Part shown: positions 38,275 to 52,200 of the stretch, one piece after another
How the letters are laid out: every line of letters begins with the position of its first letter
Numbering within the stretch: position 1 is the stretch's first letter
NCBI GenBank assembly: GCA_003427395.1
Contig: BFEA01000046.1
Span: 2,685,644 to 2,749,643, forward strand
Direction: 5' to 3'
Origin: Chara braunii
Taxonomy: Eukaryota > Plantae > Charophyceae
Length of the DNA: 64,000 bases
Translations under genes and position numbers: made by a program
The notes under the pieces: model-generated
What the model was told of the DNA's origin: nothing
Database searches by the model: none
The model's input: only the letters and a program-made list of their open reading frames with translations

Positions 38275-39696
38275 GTGGTTCTCCTACCACGCAAAACAAC
38301 CCGAAAGCTAGATGCGATGATCTCACAATTGAGGAAGAGGAAGAGGAAGAGATGGAGCAAGCAATCGCTGCCATTACGACCACTATCCAGGACTTCCCCC
38401 CTCACGACTAACAGGGGAGGTGGTAATGCCTCTGAACGTGACCAGTACACACTGTTTGCACCCATAGCTTCCACGTACTGGGTGGAGCACACTTCCACGG
38501 GCTTTCAGCACGCGATCTGGAAGATGGATACCTTTAACCGTATCGCACAGATCTCCATCAGGGCAGTCCAGTTCCCCTGGGGAATATCACTGACGCACAA
38601 CTTAAGGAATGTAGGACACAAGTACTAAAGGGGAAGTTGAAGTTTTGCGGGAGGGTTGGCCCGCTGGACCCTCAGGACCTTAAATTCCCACCCATGCGCA
38701 CATTAGACCCGGATAAGTGTGAAAAGACGAGCTCTGGGATGTGGCATAAGGGTATCAGGCAGCAAGAAAAGTTGGACCTCAAAAACTTGATGAAGATATG
38801 GAGCGTGGGTAGGCCCTATCTCAAATGCAAGTGCAAGAAGGAAAGAAACAAGGGTTGTGGGGATAACCCGCTATGGTTCGACCACGCCATCTAGCATCTG
38901 CTAACACACCCGGACATCTTATTTCCAGACATGTCCTCGATCAAGGTCAGAACACACGTGGAGAGATGGGGTGCTTGCCGGTATCAGCTTTCACTTCCTT
39001 AGGGATTTGATGATGCGATACGTCAAGGAACTCGAGAGCGATGCGACGCTAAATGCTGAAAACATACTGAAAGAAGATCACCTCTGGAATTATCCGATCC
39101 GAGCGACACTTGCACGAATCATGCTCCCCGCACGGATCCCCGAAAAACCAACAAGGGTTCCGCTCAGTTCTCCACGGGCTGCGGCGTGGAAGAGGAGCAC
39201 GGGTATACAGGTACCCGGCCAGACTACACTCAACTTTCGGAGGACGACGTCGGCGGCCGATGCCCCTCCTCCTCCCCCTCCTCCTCCGCCTCCCCCTCCG
39301 CCTCCCCCTCCTCCGCCTCCTTCTTCTTTTTCCACTCATCCTCCTCCTCCTCCTCTCCCTCAGCAACCTGCGGTGGTAATCGTTGGGGGGGAGCGAGCAG
39401 AGAATGGACCTCGCCTTCACGACCGACATATTGCAAGCTCACTGGCAGAGGAGCACCGATCCGCACCACTGCAGGCGACTGGGGCTCCGGCCTTCCCCTC
39501 CCCGCTCCCAACCCCTCAGCGGCCAGTGATGGTAATGAGGGGCCTGACTCCTCCACCAGTCATCCTCCTTTCACCAGAAAACTCAGCGCAATCAACGCTT
39601 ACCCAGACTAGTAAGGAGAAGAGGAAGAACGTTGGGAACAGGAGTGGAGGGAGAGCGGGAGCCGCCTCCTCAAGCAGACGACTTACTCGGAAATAA
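38275..39696 (+). pseudogene. Decayed ORF of unknown repeat-associated gene (CKCK motif, poly-Pro tract)
   Basis: Consecutive ORF pieces 38275-38628, 38637-38894 and 38971-39696 with protein-like composition. Confidence 0.35.
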
Positions 39697-39949
39697 TCAG
39701 CCCCGTAAGCGGGCAGGAGTTACGACCTACGATTTCTCTCTTCTCCCTCCCCCATTCTCTGGGTCTGTTCTTCTTCCTTTTTCTGTTTTTTTAATCTTTT
39801 CTATGTTTTTTTCCCCCTATTTTCTTTCCTTTTTTTATTCCTTTTACCCCCTCCTTTCTCCCTTTCCTTGTTTCTTCGAAAATTCACTATCCCATCCGGC
39901 ACAACCCGTGTTTTGTGATTGTGACCTTTGAAGCGCGGGACCAGAGTAG

Positions 39950-40740
39950 CAGCATCAATGCCCCATGGCAAATGATCACGCTATCGAGTGACAGGAGGTC
40001 CTGGAAAAGGCAGAAGTTGGAATGCGGCGACTTTCTGCACTGAGATATACTAGGTGGGTGATGGAGCCGCTGTCCATCAGGAGGGTGGTGAATGAAGTCC
40101 TTGCGAGGGTGATTGGGGATGAGACAATGACATGGTTGGAACGTACCAGGATTGGGTGGACCTATGATAACAGTATCGCTTCTAGGTTGTGCAGACCGGC
40201 GGAGGTGTTCTGTGAGTTTGGCTTGACACAGTGGATGGAGAACTATGATCCGGAGCAGTGTCCGCGCAGATCTCGGAGGTACATGGACATGCGGAGCAAC
40301 TCATCGATCGAGCTGCTCCAAAGTGAGGGGTATACACACGTCATCACCCTGGACTCATCGATCACAAACAACCCGCTACTCCAAGGCATCATCAACTCCG
40401 GATTCAACGATATCCCATGCATGGCCTTGAATGTGGATGAGGCGAAGAAAGAAGTGGGGGACTTCTTAGGCAAGCACCTTGCGATGGTAATGGAGCTGTG
40501 AGAGCTCATGGCATCCACCCAGTCGTTCTTACAAAGGATTATCCTAAAGAAGGCGAGGGAGAGGATGACGAGGTATCAGGAGGCGCATAGTCACGTTGTC
40601 GGTGCGAATACCCTTACAAGGGTATCCGCCCTGGTTTTTGCAAGCGACATAAAATAGCTTGGTCTAAAGTTCAAGTATACCACGTTAGGCGCGACCGCGT
40701 CTGTGATTTACGTTGACTGGATGGTTGACTAGATTAAAGA
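39950..40740 (+). pseudogene. Penelope-like element (Naiad/Chlamys-type) N-terminal RT-associated fragment
   Basis: SIASRLC..YDPEQCP.RS..HVITLDSSITNNPLLQGIINSGFNDIP resembles the C-x-C..HVxTGDLxIxxNxxLRxLLxKGxxYR motif that precedes the RT of these elements; the RT core is absent. Confidence 0.55.
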
Positions 40741-43499
40741 GTGTGTGGGCGCGCAGGTTTGAGGCGCGCGTGATTCCGTTCTATCGTAGATTATAGAGCC
40801 GGCACCGACGCCGGTCGGTTCATTTCTATTTTTATCTCTATTTTTTTTTATTTTTCTTTTGGTTAGACTAGGATTAAGGATATTTTTCCTTGGTTGGTAT
40901 GTTTGATTGAGTTACGCGTGCGTACGGAGGGCGACCTCGACAGTGGCAACGACGGCGACAGTGGGACTGTGGTAGGTCTTGGCGCGCGGAGTGGCGCGAG
41001 TGGAGGCCGTGGTACAGCTTGGTAAGTTGGTGCAGATGCTGGACGGCCGCGCGCACGGTTGTAGGCAGAGATGAGGCTCAGGCCAGTTTCCCTGGCCCTG
41101 AGCGGTGTGCCGCACCACCTTATATGGCACTCCGTGGGTTTTGGTCTCAGGCTTGGGCTTAGCCCTATAGGTTACGGCATTGGGTTGACGATACAGATGT
41201 TCGGGGATCGTGGCCAGCGGGCGTCGGCGCAACAACTGCAACGGAGCGTCGTGGAAGGAACCGATGGGGTTGAGGGCCGCCAGGGTTATCCCCCTCGGTT
41301 TTGTTTGCGGGCGCGGCGGTGGAGCCGGCCTGAGGGGCTGGCGCGACGCCAGCAGCCCCGTTGTTCCCCGACCCTGCTACTACTTTATTTTATTTCCCCT
41401 ATCTGTTTTATTTGTCGCGTCCCGAGGACACGAGACTGCGGTAGGAGCGCGTGGGGGTGTGTTGTATTTGTAGGGTCGCCTGAAGTGCAGTTACAAACTG
41501 TTTTCGCAGATACGCCGGAGCCGCGCCCGACACCGTTTTGCTTGGGACGCGGTGCCGTGGGCGCGGCAGGCACCCAAGAGCCTGGCTCGGTGGGTACACC
41601 CCTGAACTGTAGATACGCAGACCAAGTTGGGCCCAGATGATGGGCCGGGTGGCTTTTTGGGAGCGCCATGGGGCACTGCCCAGGTCGGATCCCCCGGATA
41701 TCCATAAACTTGGGCGGGGTAGAGAAGACTAGCATGGCCCTTTGCATGAGGGACGCGCATATAACATAGGCGGGGCCGACAACTGTTTTTTTTTGGGGGG
41801 CGAAGTCGGACGCTGTCAGACCGCGCGGCGGTGAGATGTTGGGTGGCGGGGTCAGAAACAAAGGAAAAGGAGTCTGGCGCTGTTAGTAGGACCGGAGTGG
41901 GGAGTACCTACCTGGCCACGCCAGTCGGGGCAGCATTCAGTGACTGTGAGCGGAGTGATAGCGCCGTAGAAATAGCGCTAAGGCAGGTAGCGAGAAGATG
42001 GGGTGAGGAATGGATCTAACCCGGAACCGCGCCGGGTGCATGCGGAGATGGCAGAGAGCCGGGCGCGGTCGGGGGAGCCTAACTCGCCTGATCCTAGTCG
42101 GAATCAGACGCAAAAAGGAGGCGTTTCTGGGGTTTGCGGGCCCGACGAGTCAGATTATAGGCTTAGATTTGAGGGAAGGTTAGTAGATTAGAGGTTAGTA
42201 AGAAAAGTTGGAGCAGAGTTATGGCGGAGGAGGACGAAGGAGAAGGGAAAGTGTTGGATTCGGGCGTTTCTTGGCCAAGTTCAACAGGTGAAGGTGGTCT
42301 CCCAAGGCGTTGGGGTAGGGCGAACATGGTGGAGAAGACAGAACGACGCATGGTGGGGCGTAGTGGAAGATAGGAAGACGTGCGGGAGACTGTCGGAAAG
42401 AAAGGGAGAAAACAGTGGATGAATCCGGTCCTAGGGGGGCGCCACATGCATGCGTGGGAAGAGAAGGAGACGGGCGGTGTGGACAAAAGAATAGTGTGCC
42501 CGTTTCTCAACGAAAGCGGGCAAGTGAGGGGGCTATTCCATGGGTTCTGGGACTGGCGACCACGATTATGAGGTTAGTTATAGGTGAGAGTTAGTAGGTA
42601 GGGAAGTTAGCAGAAAGGTTGTGCGCCGGGGTATGGTGGAAGAGGCACCCGGCCACGATGTAGCGGCCGATTCATTCGATTTTGTCCCTTGCCATCGGTG
42701 AGGGTGGCACGAGGCCCACTACGGGCTGAAGGATTACCAGTTGGTCAGGAAGCCGGCCACTCAGTTAGCAGAGGCAGCTAAGTGGGGGATAAGAGGGAGT
42801 TGCCTGCAGTTGGGGGAGAGGAGTACTTACCTTGGGGAGCTAGCGATGCGGGACGGACGGATAGTCGAGCGACGTTGCCGAGTTGTGGTGTACCTGGCCA
42901 AGTCCCAGCGGTAGAGTCATTCGATTCCGTTCAACCAAATAGGGAAGCCAGCCACGGAGTCGGAGTGCTTACCTCACGCTACCTGCAGGCTGGGTACCAG
43001 CGGAAGGCCAGTTCGGGGTTAGTCAGCTATCGGCGGGGGTAGCGTGAGATGACTGAGAAGTGGGGGCCTGCCTATTGGTTGGGCATTGCGTTGGCTGCTA
43101 TGGGTGTTGCACATCAATGCTTGGATTGCGGTACTTCGTGTCGGGCATTGTGGCGCCAAGCAGCATAAACTTGTTAAGATTGGCAATGTTCGGTGTCGCG
43201 GCCAGCCGACCGTGAAGGTGCAGACCCGCTTATAACCCATGCACTTGGGCTACGGGCAGTGGAAGGGAAGAGTTGTGAGAAGGAAGGAGGATAGTGGGGA
43301 TATGTACCTGCTCAGCGAGAGGGCGGGGGCTGGCTTACCGGGGAAGGCGCTCGGTCTACCGATCGGAGCAGCAGCGAGAGGGCGGCACGCCTGAAGATTA
43401 CCAGTTGGCAAGGCATGACCATTCTGCGGCAGGGACATTATGAGCCAGTGAACATCATGGCTGCGTTCTGTCGGGAGTGTTTTGTGAGTTGAAGAACCT

Positions 43500-46400
43500 C
43501 ATGGATTAGAAGGATGTTTTTTTGTATGTTCCTATTTTCGATGAAGCTTGTTTGAGAAGGGTGGATGATGTCTTCCATGACCGGAATCATTCTATTAGCT
43601 AAGGCTTTAGACAACGTTTTGTATACTACTGTGAGAAGAGTGATCGGGCGGTAATTTATGATATCTATTTTGTCATTTTTTTTTATAAGACGGTCAGTAT
43701 CCTTTGCGCCACTCTTTCACCCATTTCCCCTGTGAGCCATACTTCTTTATAGAAGTCCATAACGTCGTGGCTCAGGAAATCCCATAACAATGGACTGGTG
43801 AAAACCAGAGAAACAGACCAAAACCAGAGAAATCTTATAGACAGAAAAACATAAACGAAATATAACGTATTTCGACACATAATGGTCGATTTTACACCGT
43901 TTTGTGTTTAAATGTCATTAAAAAAAACCCTCAAAACTAGTACATATTCGAGGTCGACAACGCAGTTGAAAAAACGAGCCCCTTTTCGAAGAGAACAGGC
44001 GACCCCTAGTCATGGTTGGCGAAAAGGTTTCCAATATATGAAGATTTGGGTGGATGTCGAAACGAACACTCAGTAGTGTACAGTGAATGCAGTTTTTTTT
44101 TGCAAACAGAAGAGTCTTTTCCGGAACCAAATCTAAGGACTAAAAAACTGAGCAAAAACTTTGTAAACCGAACAAATGGGTCGGTAATCCTCGTTTTTTT
44201 TCACTTTTAATATCAAGGAAATAGAAGTTTGAAAACGAAAGTAGTAAATTCACGGACTCCAGAGCAAAGCAAAAAACAAGCAATGAGAACTGATTTCAAA
44301 TCTCCAAAAGTCGAGTGCAAACGATTGAGCAAATTCGACCGACAAGAAAATTCAAAGAAATCCAAACATGACCTTATAGGCCTATAACACGAATTTTTGG
44401 ACATTGAAAAAAAAATCGAATTTCACAAGAATTTGAATTGACCCTTGTAATTCTCTTGAAATTCGAAAGTAATACTTTTCGAATTATAGGCATATAACGA
44501 GTGCTGGAAAATGAACGACTGGCATATGAATTTGAGTCGGTAATCTGTCAAGTGCTTGTAACCCTATAAATGCATGATACAACATTGAAAAATCGGACAT
44601 CCAAAATTGGGCAACTTATAGCCCTATAACTTAAAAACTAGGAGTTGGTTCGAAAACGTGAAACAATTGCTTTGTCAATCGACAGTTGAGATGAAGGCAC
44701 AAAAAAACGTTCCAAAAATGGTCACTATTTTCGCCTAAACGCAAGAAAACCGAAAGTCCAGAAATTTTTGAAAGGTAATATGTCAAGCGTTTGAAGCCCT
44801 GAAAACGCATACGACATCGTTGAAAATCTGTTAACAAAGCTCAATGAACTTAAAGCTCTAAAACTTTAATTGAGTAGTTGAAACTTGAACTGCAAATCTT
44901 TAGTCAATTTTTAAATTCTCAAAATCGAAAACTAAAAGTACGCAAAATGCAAAGAAAAAGATCACCAAAACAAGAAAGGTTGGCCACACATGCCTGGCTA
45001 AACGGGTCATGCGAACTACGACCTACGAATGTACAAAACTTTACAAGGGTTTAAAAACCAATAACGATTGAACTCATACAATCGGACGAACAACGACAAA
45101 ATGAAACCTGCTTTGATGCGGAACTAGAAATGACCTCAATCGCGATGACTCTCTGACAACCTCCTGAACAAACGGTTCCTGAAAGGTTTTCCTAGTCAAC
45201 ATCCTCCGTTGCCATTGAATTCAACATCTCGGTTATCTTTTGTCGGGTCAGCGAAAATAAGGTTTTGTCTGTCTTCAGTTGGAAGTTGTAATAAAGAACT
45301 CCTCATCTCCACTCGTAGACGTCCTCGGAAGGCTCTCTCGTAGTTTTTCCTTGAGGATTTGTCTTGAATCGAGGATAGTAACCTTCTCCTTTCTCACGTT
45401 GTGCAAACCAAGCAACTTTGAATCGTTTATCGACTAGCAGTTCGGCAACCTTGCCAATGTGGTAAGGTTTGCCTCTCTCTTCCTGCCCCGGACAAACTCG
45501 TAGTGCGATGAAAGTGTTGACCTCGAGATCGTCGTACTTTCCGTCTCTGTCCTCTCGGAACTATCTCTTGTGAGCACCGATGTAGACGGGTCTCTCCGGA
45601 GGGAAAAGATCATCCCAACGTTGATCGAAGCCAGCAGCGGTTGAAGAAACTTCTTTACCTGGTTTGCTGACATCAACTTCGATAGAGGGTCACACGAAAA
45701 ACTCTTTGAGACTTTTGTCCTCAAGGTCGAGTGTTTCCTGCGTTGCTATGAACTTATTCCGCCACTCATGTTGTGGGGTTGAGCATAATTCGACAAACCT
45801 TGAACGTTGGCTTTCAAGGCTGCGATGGAAAATACATCATCATCAACCTTAAATTTCGAAGACCCTCCTGTTTCTCAATTACGAACATGACCTTCGTTGC
45901 TGCCGACCTTGTCACGCCTCTTGTCCTCACCCCGACAAGTAAGCCGAAATATGGCTTCCAAAGATCGGATTGCATGTTTTGGCGAAGCTTGAACTTGTCC
46001 TGTTGGCTCTGACTTGAAGATGTTCAGATCTTCTCTATTGTTCGGCTGCCACTGCGAATTATGATATTGCTTGCTCCAAATGCGCACCTCTCCGTCGTCG
46101 TTGCGCCTTATTCGGAAATGTTGATTGAAACTAATATCATTGACATTTTGTAGATGATCCTGAATGTACAACTTCCAATCCATTGTTTTCGTCATCTCCT
46201 CAACGTAAACGCCATGATCTTGTTCTACCTTGTATGACTCCCTAATGATGTGTTGCAACTCAGGAAGATCGAACGCATCATGTACAGCCAGCTTTCTCGA
46301 GAAACAGTTGAACATCTGATCGATGTCCTCGTGTGTGTGACCCACAAGAAGAAAGTTTAACTGAACTTTACTAAACACTCTCATCTTTACTAAGAAAACA

Positions 46401-47431
46401 AGATACGCTAACACAAAGTTGTTCTTGTTCTCTTTCGAAGTGTTATCAAGTGTGAGATACAAGACTTTTGAAAATGGTCTAGGAAGTTGAGAAATCCACC
46501 GATGAAGAACAATCAGCATGCAATTAGAATCGGATTTGAAGTTGTCAAAGAACACAGTTGCAAAGGCAGACGATGAAAATCCTAACACCTTGGCACCGAC
46601 CACGTGAACTTTCACAAAGTTCCCTTCTTTCAGTTTCGAATCCTTTGGAATCCTTGTGAAGTGTGGCAGTATGGTCTTGCTCTGATCCATACCATCAATG
46701 ATCATTGCGATGTACTCTGTCGGTCGGCTGGAAGCCTTGTGGCGATGCTTACTAAGTTTTTGTCTCTCTTCTCCTTGCATTAACCGGTGCTTCTCTAGTG
46801 CCTTGCCGAACATTGCTGCGCAAAAAACGAAAACAAGTGAATACTTTGTCAAGACTCGTTCACAAAGAGAGACCAAACCCGAATAAGGACCCGAAAATCC
46901 AAGCCGAGTACCACACAATGTGTTATAGGGCTATAACTCATAATAAAATCCAAGCTGATTACCACACAACGTGTTAAAGGGCTTTAACTCAGAATAGTCA
47001 GTCGACAAGTGTCGTACATTAATAAATTCATTCTTTCACAAAATCTTTGTTTTAATTAACAGAAAGAGTATGGGCAGGACAACGAAGATGTCACTAATAA
47101 AGTTTTAGTCTCTTAGAGATAATCGGTTGCAAGGACGTAACCAAGAACACTCAGTCGCCTCAAAACAGAAAATTACAGAAGTTGTTCCTTAAAAAACTTT
47201 CTAGTTTCATGATAATTCTTTCTCGAATGCGCTAATTGCAATATCTACTTTTGTACAAATAGACAACATACAAGGTTGTAAGTCATAACAACCAGTCGTG
47301 CTGTGCCAAACGTTGAAGAATGAACACTGAGGTGTTTTCATGAGAAACGTCATTAACCATATCTTTTGCAACTAACTGTTTACGACGAAACACAAATTCT
47401 TCGTAAATAAACACAAATGTGAAAAAGGAAG

Positions 47432-47498
<67 letters not shown>

Positions 47499-47836
47499 AG
47501 AAGAAGAAGAAGAGGAAGATAAAGACTTAGGGAGAAAAGACGAAAATTTTTATGAGAATCTTTTCTTGAATGCACGAATCTCAGTTTCTTTTTTTCTGTA
47601 AAGAACAACTTATAGGGCTATAAGTCGGAACAGTCAGTCGATCTGTGTCACAAATTGAAGAATGAGTTAGAACAGCCGGTCGCGTTGTGCCGAACTTTGA
47701 AAAATGAACCCTATCGTGCTTTAATAAGATACATCATTTACCAGATTGTCTTTAACTTATTATTTGAAGCGAAACACAAATGATTCATTTGTCAATACAA
47801 ATGTTAAAAAGTCAAGTAAAGAGAGACAGATCAACT

Positions 47837-47897
<61 letters not shown>

Positions 47898-49287
47898 AGA
47901 AGAGATAGGAAAACAAGGAAAGAGAAAATAAGCATTGAGGTTCTGTCATCACCTCGTTCCAACGCACTGGTTACCTGTGAATGACCTGTCTTGAATTTCA
48001 GACTTGTGGAACAAACCGAGAACCTCTTCAATGCAGGAATGAGAACTTTGGGGCAGTGAACCCTCCAAATCGTCATAAATCTGGAACGGGAAGGAAGAGT
48101 CTTCTTCGTGTAAAGCGCTTTGCAGTCTCGCTTGAAGAAATCATACACGTCTCTTCGTTGGAGAGTATCTGAAAGATGAAACTGGTTGCTATTCGGCATA
48201 CTCTTAGTGTTAAATCGAAAATATTCATGCAACCAGGCCAGAATTTGTTGTGATGAAGCAGATAATCCGACTGAGACTTTGTTTGCATGCTCGTACAACA
48301 CTAGTCCATCTCTGAAGTCTTTGCGTAGCCTTGCAACACGTGTAGTCGAGCATCTGTACAACTTTCCCCACGCTTTTGTGCAAACCTTTATGCCGTTGAA
48401 TGTCACTTTTAACACCTGTAAATCTCCATCATCGGATAAATACGATGCAACCCTCATCTCTGCGAGAAGGAAGTTGACTTGCTTAGGTTGTTTCATCGCC
48501 CAAAATTTTTCTTGCTTGTAGAAAACATCTTCTACCATGAACTTCATGTAACATTTGGCCTTGCAGCAATTTTTCTTGAGAACTACTTCGACATTCTTCA
48601 TGTTCACGTGGTAGTTAGCTTTCTTGTTGTACACACGTACGTTTTTGCCGCGCTCTCCCAAGTTGTAAGGAGGTTTCTCGCTCTTGCTTGATTTGTTGTA
48701 CAATCCTCTTCTCACCTCTTGTGCCACTATCTGCTTCGCTTCTCCTAAAAGTTTTCCAGATAGACTCTTCGTGAACATGTCCACATCAACTTCTGACGCG
48801 TCCTTTACTTCATTGTCCTCATAGTCTGTGTCTTCTGATTCCTCATCCTCGCTCAATTCCTCCTCCTTGTCATCGTCGTTTGATTCCTCCTCCTTGTCAT
48901 CGTCATCGTTTGATTCCTCCTTCTCGTCATCGACGTCACTCGATTCCTCCTCCTCATTGTCGTTGTCACAGAATTCTTGCACAATACAATTGTCGCACAT
49001 TTCTTTCACAACAAAGTTTTTGCTCAAGTGGTGTACATTGTCGATCTCTCTAGATTGTTCGCCTTACGCGTTTGGGCACAAACGCTTCCTTGGGCGCTCT
49101 ATCTGGATTGTACTCCCACTTTTGCCAGTTGCGCAGACACCTTTCACCATGTTTGTCGCTCGCTCTGGCGCAATAACCGTTTTTGTTGTTGTCTTCGATC
49201 GTGGGCGCTGTCGAGCGCATCGGTCCGGCACTGCTCGTGGCAGCGCAGGACCCTCTCGGCCGCTTCACGCAGGAGTTGGACTAACCT
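43500..49287 (-). mobile_element. DNA transposon carrying the above transposase; 5' side interrupted by the insertion at 49288
   Basis: AT-rich 3' flank with palindromic TTATAG-NN-CTATAA repeats also present in the intron; TIR not identified, left boundary approximate. Confidence 0.6.
45875..49027 (-). pseudogene. Sola-like/DUF7869 DDE transposase, two exons (49027-47953, 46815-45875), decayed C-terminus continuing to ~45100
   Basis: IIDGMDQSKT.LPH, LYLTLDNTSKENKN, FLLVGHTHEDIDQMF; N-terminal CCKAKC, VCTKAW, MPN, RFSVC motifs. Phase-1 GT-AG intron 47952-46816 joins ALER|AMFGK in frame. Confidence 0.85.
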
Positions 49288-52200
49288 TGTCATGAACACG
49301 CAGATGGAGCTTCCTTAGGCCGCTCCGGCCTAGTGCGCCAGCCATACCTCTCGCGAGCCCCTACGACAGGATAGGGCCTACGCGAGGCAGAACTTACCTC
49401 CACCTTACGGGAGCTGTCACCTCCCTTCGGTGGGTGTATCCCCGCCGAGCTACCAGTCCACAGTACGAAAGCTACTTGGTTGCAACCGCAGAGGTGGACC
49501 AGCTGAGGGCGTTTCTCGTTCGCTGTAGTATAGGGGGTACGCGCGGTAGCATGCCCATCGGACCCGCACGCGAACCGACATCTTGGGGGTCTGAAGTTCC
49601 AAGCGTGGTTCGTCGTCTGTCGGCTAGGACGCATCCCACTCACCACGCATACAATGCTCTACGATACAAAAGGGAACACACACACACATATATGTGAGAC
49701 GACACAACGCAAACAACGCGACAACGCTCCTAGCCCCTAGTAGTCGTCCCATAACCTTTCGATGCGGAAATCGAATGGGCGTCACGTGCGAGGCTTAGTA
49801 TAAGTATCGCGCGGACACGGGGCTACTCATATTGACTCGCAATGCAAGTGTACACAAGCGGTCACAATGATAGCGTACTATGTAATATCCATACTCACGT
49901 GGCCCTCGTCAATCTTGAGGGTCGCGTTCGACACTCAGGTGTCGGCTGACAAGCGCCTTGAGGGACAATCTCTCGACGCCAGACAACCGCCATGTGCGGT
50001 TGGAGACCACACACTCTTCTGCACCTTGTCCAGAGGGGTTGAGTAGACAGCTTCAAGCTGTCGTGGCGGTCGAATATCAAGGGGTTTGACTTTGACGGCT
50101 GCCACGGACTATAACGTCCAATTAAAAAAGCTCAAAAAAAGAATTTACTCCAACTCACATTGGTTTAGTGGGGTCCAAAAATGAAATGGTTAGGCGGACT
50201 CAAACGGCGCGCGCGCGGGGGAGGCCCGCACCCAGACCCCCAGGCTACCCGATGTCCGAGGAAATGACAGTCCGTACACGGGTTTCCATAGGCCGACTGG
50301 GGCTAGTCCTTCACCCATGTGTCGCTTTGCGGTACCAGGAACCCGAGCCTATCAGCCATATCGCGTCTTTGATCTCGCCGCCTGACCCATAACTTTTAGT
50401 GCAAAAGTCGGCGAGTGCTGCGTGCAAGGGCTTAGTATAACATCGTGCGGGCGCAGCACCCACACATACCAATTCGCTATGCAGCTCTACGTGAGTATTT
50501 GCGATGACAACGCATTATATGGTGCCAATACCCAAATGGCCGGTTCTGAGCCTTGGGGTTATTTCCGACGCTCGGGCATTGGCTGAAGTGCGCGCAACAA
50601 GAGGGTNNNNNNNNNNNNNNNNNNNNNNNNNNNNNNNNNNNNNNNNNNNNNNNNNNNNNNNNNNNNNNNNNNNNNNNNNNNNNNNNNNNNNNNNNNNNNN
50701 NNNNNNNNNNNNNNNNNNNNNNNNNNNNNNNNNNNNNNNNNNNNNNNNNNNNNNNNNNNNNNNNNNNNNNNNNNNNNNNNNNNNNNNNNNNNNNNNNNNN
50801 NNNNNNNNNNNNNNNNNNNNNNNNNNNNNNNNNNNNNNNNNNNNNNNNNNNNNNNNNNNNNNNNNNNNNNNNNNNNNNNNNNNNNNNNNNNNNNNNNNNN
50901 NNNNNTTCCTGCCCTTTGTGCCCCCCCCCCCCCCCCCCCCCTTTTCTAGTCGCCCCAACCCTCGATTAGGCCCTTCGTACACGGGCACCCCAGGCCGCGC
51001 TAGTACCCCTATGTAGGTACACATACATACGTACATACATGTATAAAGGGAATAATTATGTGACGATCACTTCTCACAATCATAGTGGGTCCCCTCCTAG
51101 CCATACATATATGCACGACCGCAAGGCAGTCCAACCAAAACCCCAAGTCACTGAACATACCTGCAATCACATCAAAAGTCAAACAAGAGTCCACGCACTA
51201 CACGGAGTCAACCCCAACCAGTTCCTATACTTATACCCCTCCCTTAAGCCATGCAAGCCCCAACCTCCTGCCAACCAACCTTAGTTAAATACTCAGTACC
51301 TTTGTTAAATGACCATTCAATAAAAGTCTGGGTGAAACCTTAACGAAACAGAAAATCACCAGGGCTAAAGCCTTTTAAGGTTGAGTATTGGGAGCGAGTT
51401 GAGGTTGAGTCGAAGACCGACGAATCGGCAACCGACCTCTTATCAACGATAACAGCAGATGATCCTCAAGGGATCAGCTGGACTTAGTCCAAGTCCTGAA
51501 TCAGATCGATCAAGCTGGCCTGTAACACAAGACAGGTCAACGCCCAAGACTAAATCTGTAAGCCTTATGCGAACTATCTTCTATATAATGGTCTCATCTA
51601 ACCTTCTGGTAGCCAACTAGGTCCAATCCTAGTCCTAAGTCAGGGCTCAAAGAAAAGGTAGACCTTTGGCTGGGTTTCCCCTATACAGAGTGGACTGCCA
51701 ACTCTGCCACCTTTCATAATATAATCTAACTCCTCTAAACTAAGGAAATTTCAGCAGCGCTTCCCGTAGCAAAACTGCCTTTCCAGAATTTATATAAGCC
51801 TGAATATAAAAACAGGAATAGTCTTTGACTTTCTAAAACCCAATTTTGTCTAACTCCCTTAATTAACAAAATTTTGGGCTGGACTCCTTTTAGAAAGGGG
51901 GACTTCCCAGATTCTTACTAATCCATATATGATTCAGACAGTTGAACTTTTGGAAGGTCAGAGATTTGTCTAACTCCTTGGATTTGCACAAATTTCGGCA
52001 GCGCTTCCTGTAGAAAAAGTGGCTTACCAAGATTTATACAAGCCCAAGTATAAGAACATATATCAGAAAATGAAAAAATCGATCTAAGTAAAAAAAAGCT
52101 ATCACAGAAAATGCGGGAATTGAATCTAACTCCTACAACTCTAGCACGTGGCGAGCCTCTACAACAACTATGTATCAACTCAAACTCTGACTAGGTAGTG

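Noticed and set aside
40800-43450. Protein-coding gene in the GC-rich segment
   Set aside because: Many short overlapping ORFs and no recognisable motif; probably a repeat fragment that I cannot classify.
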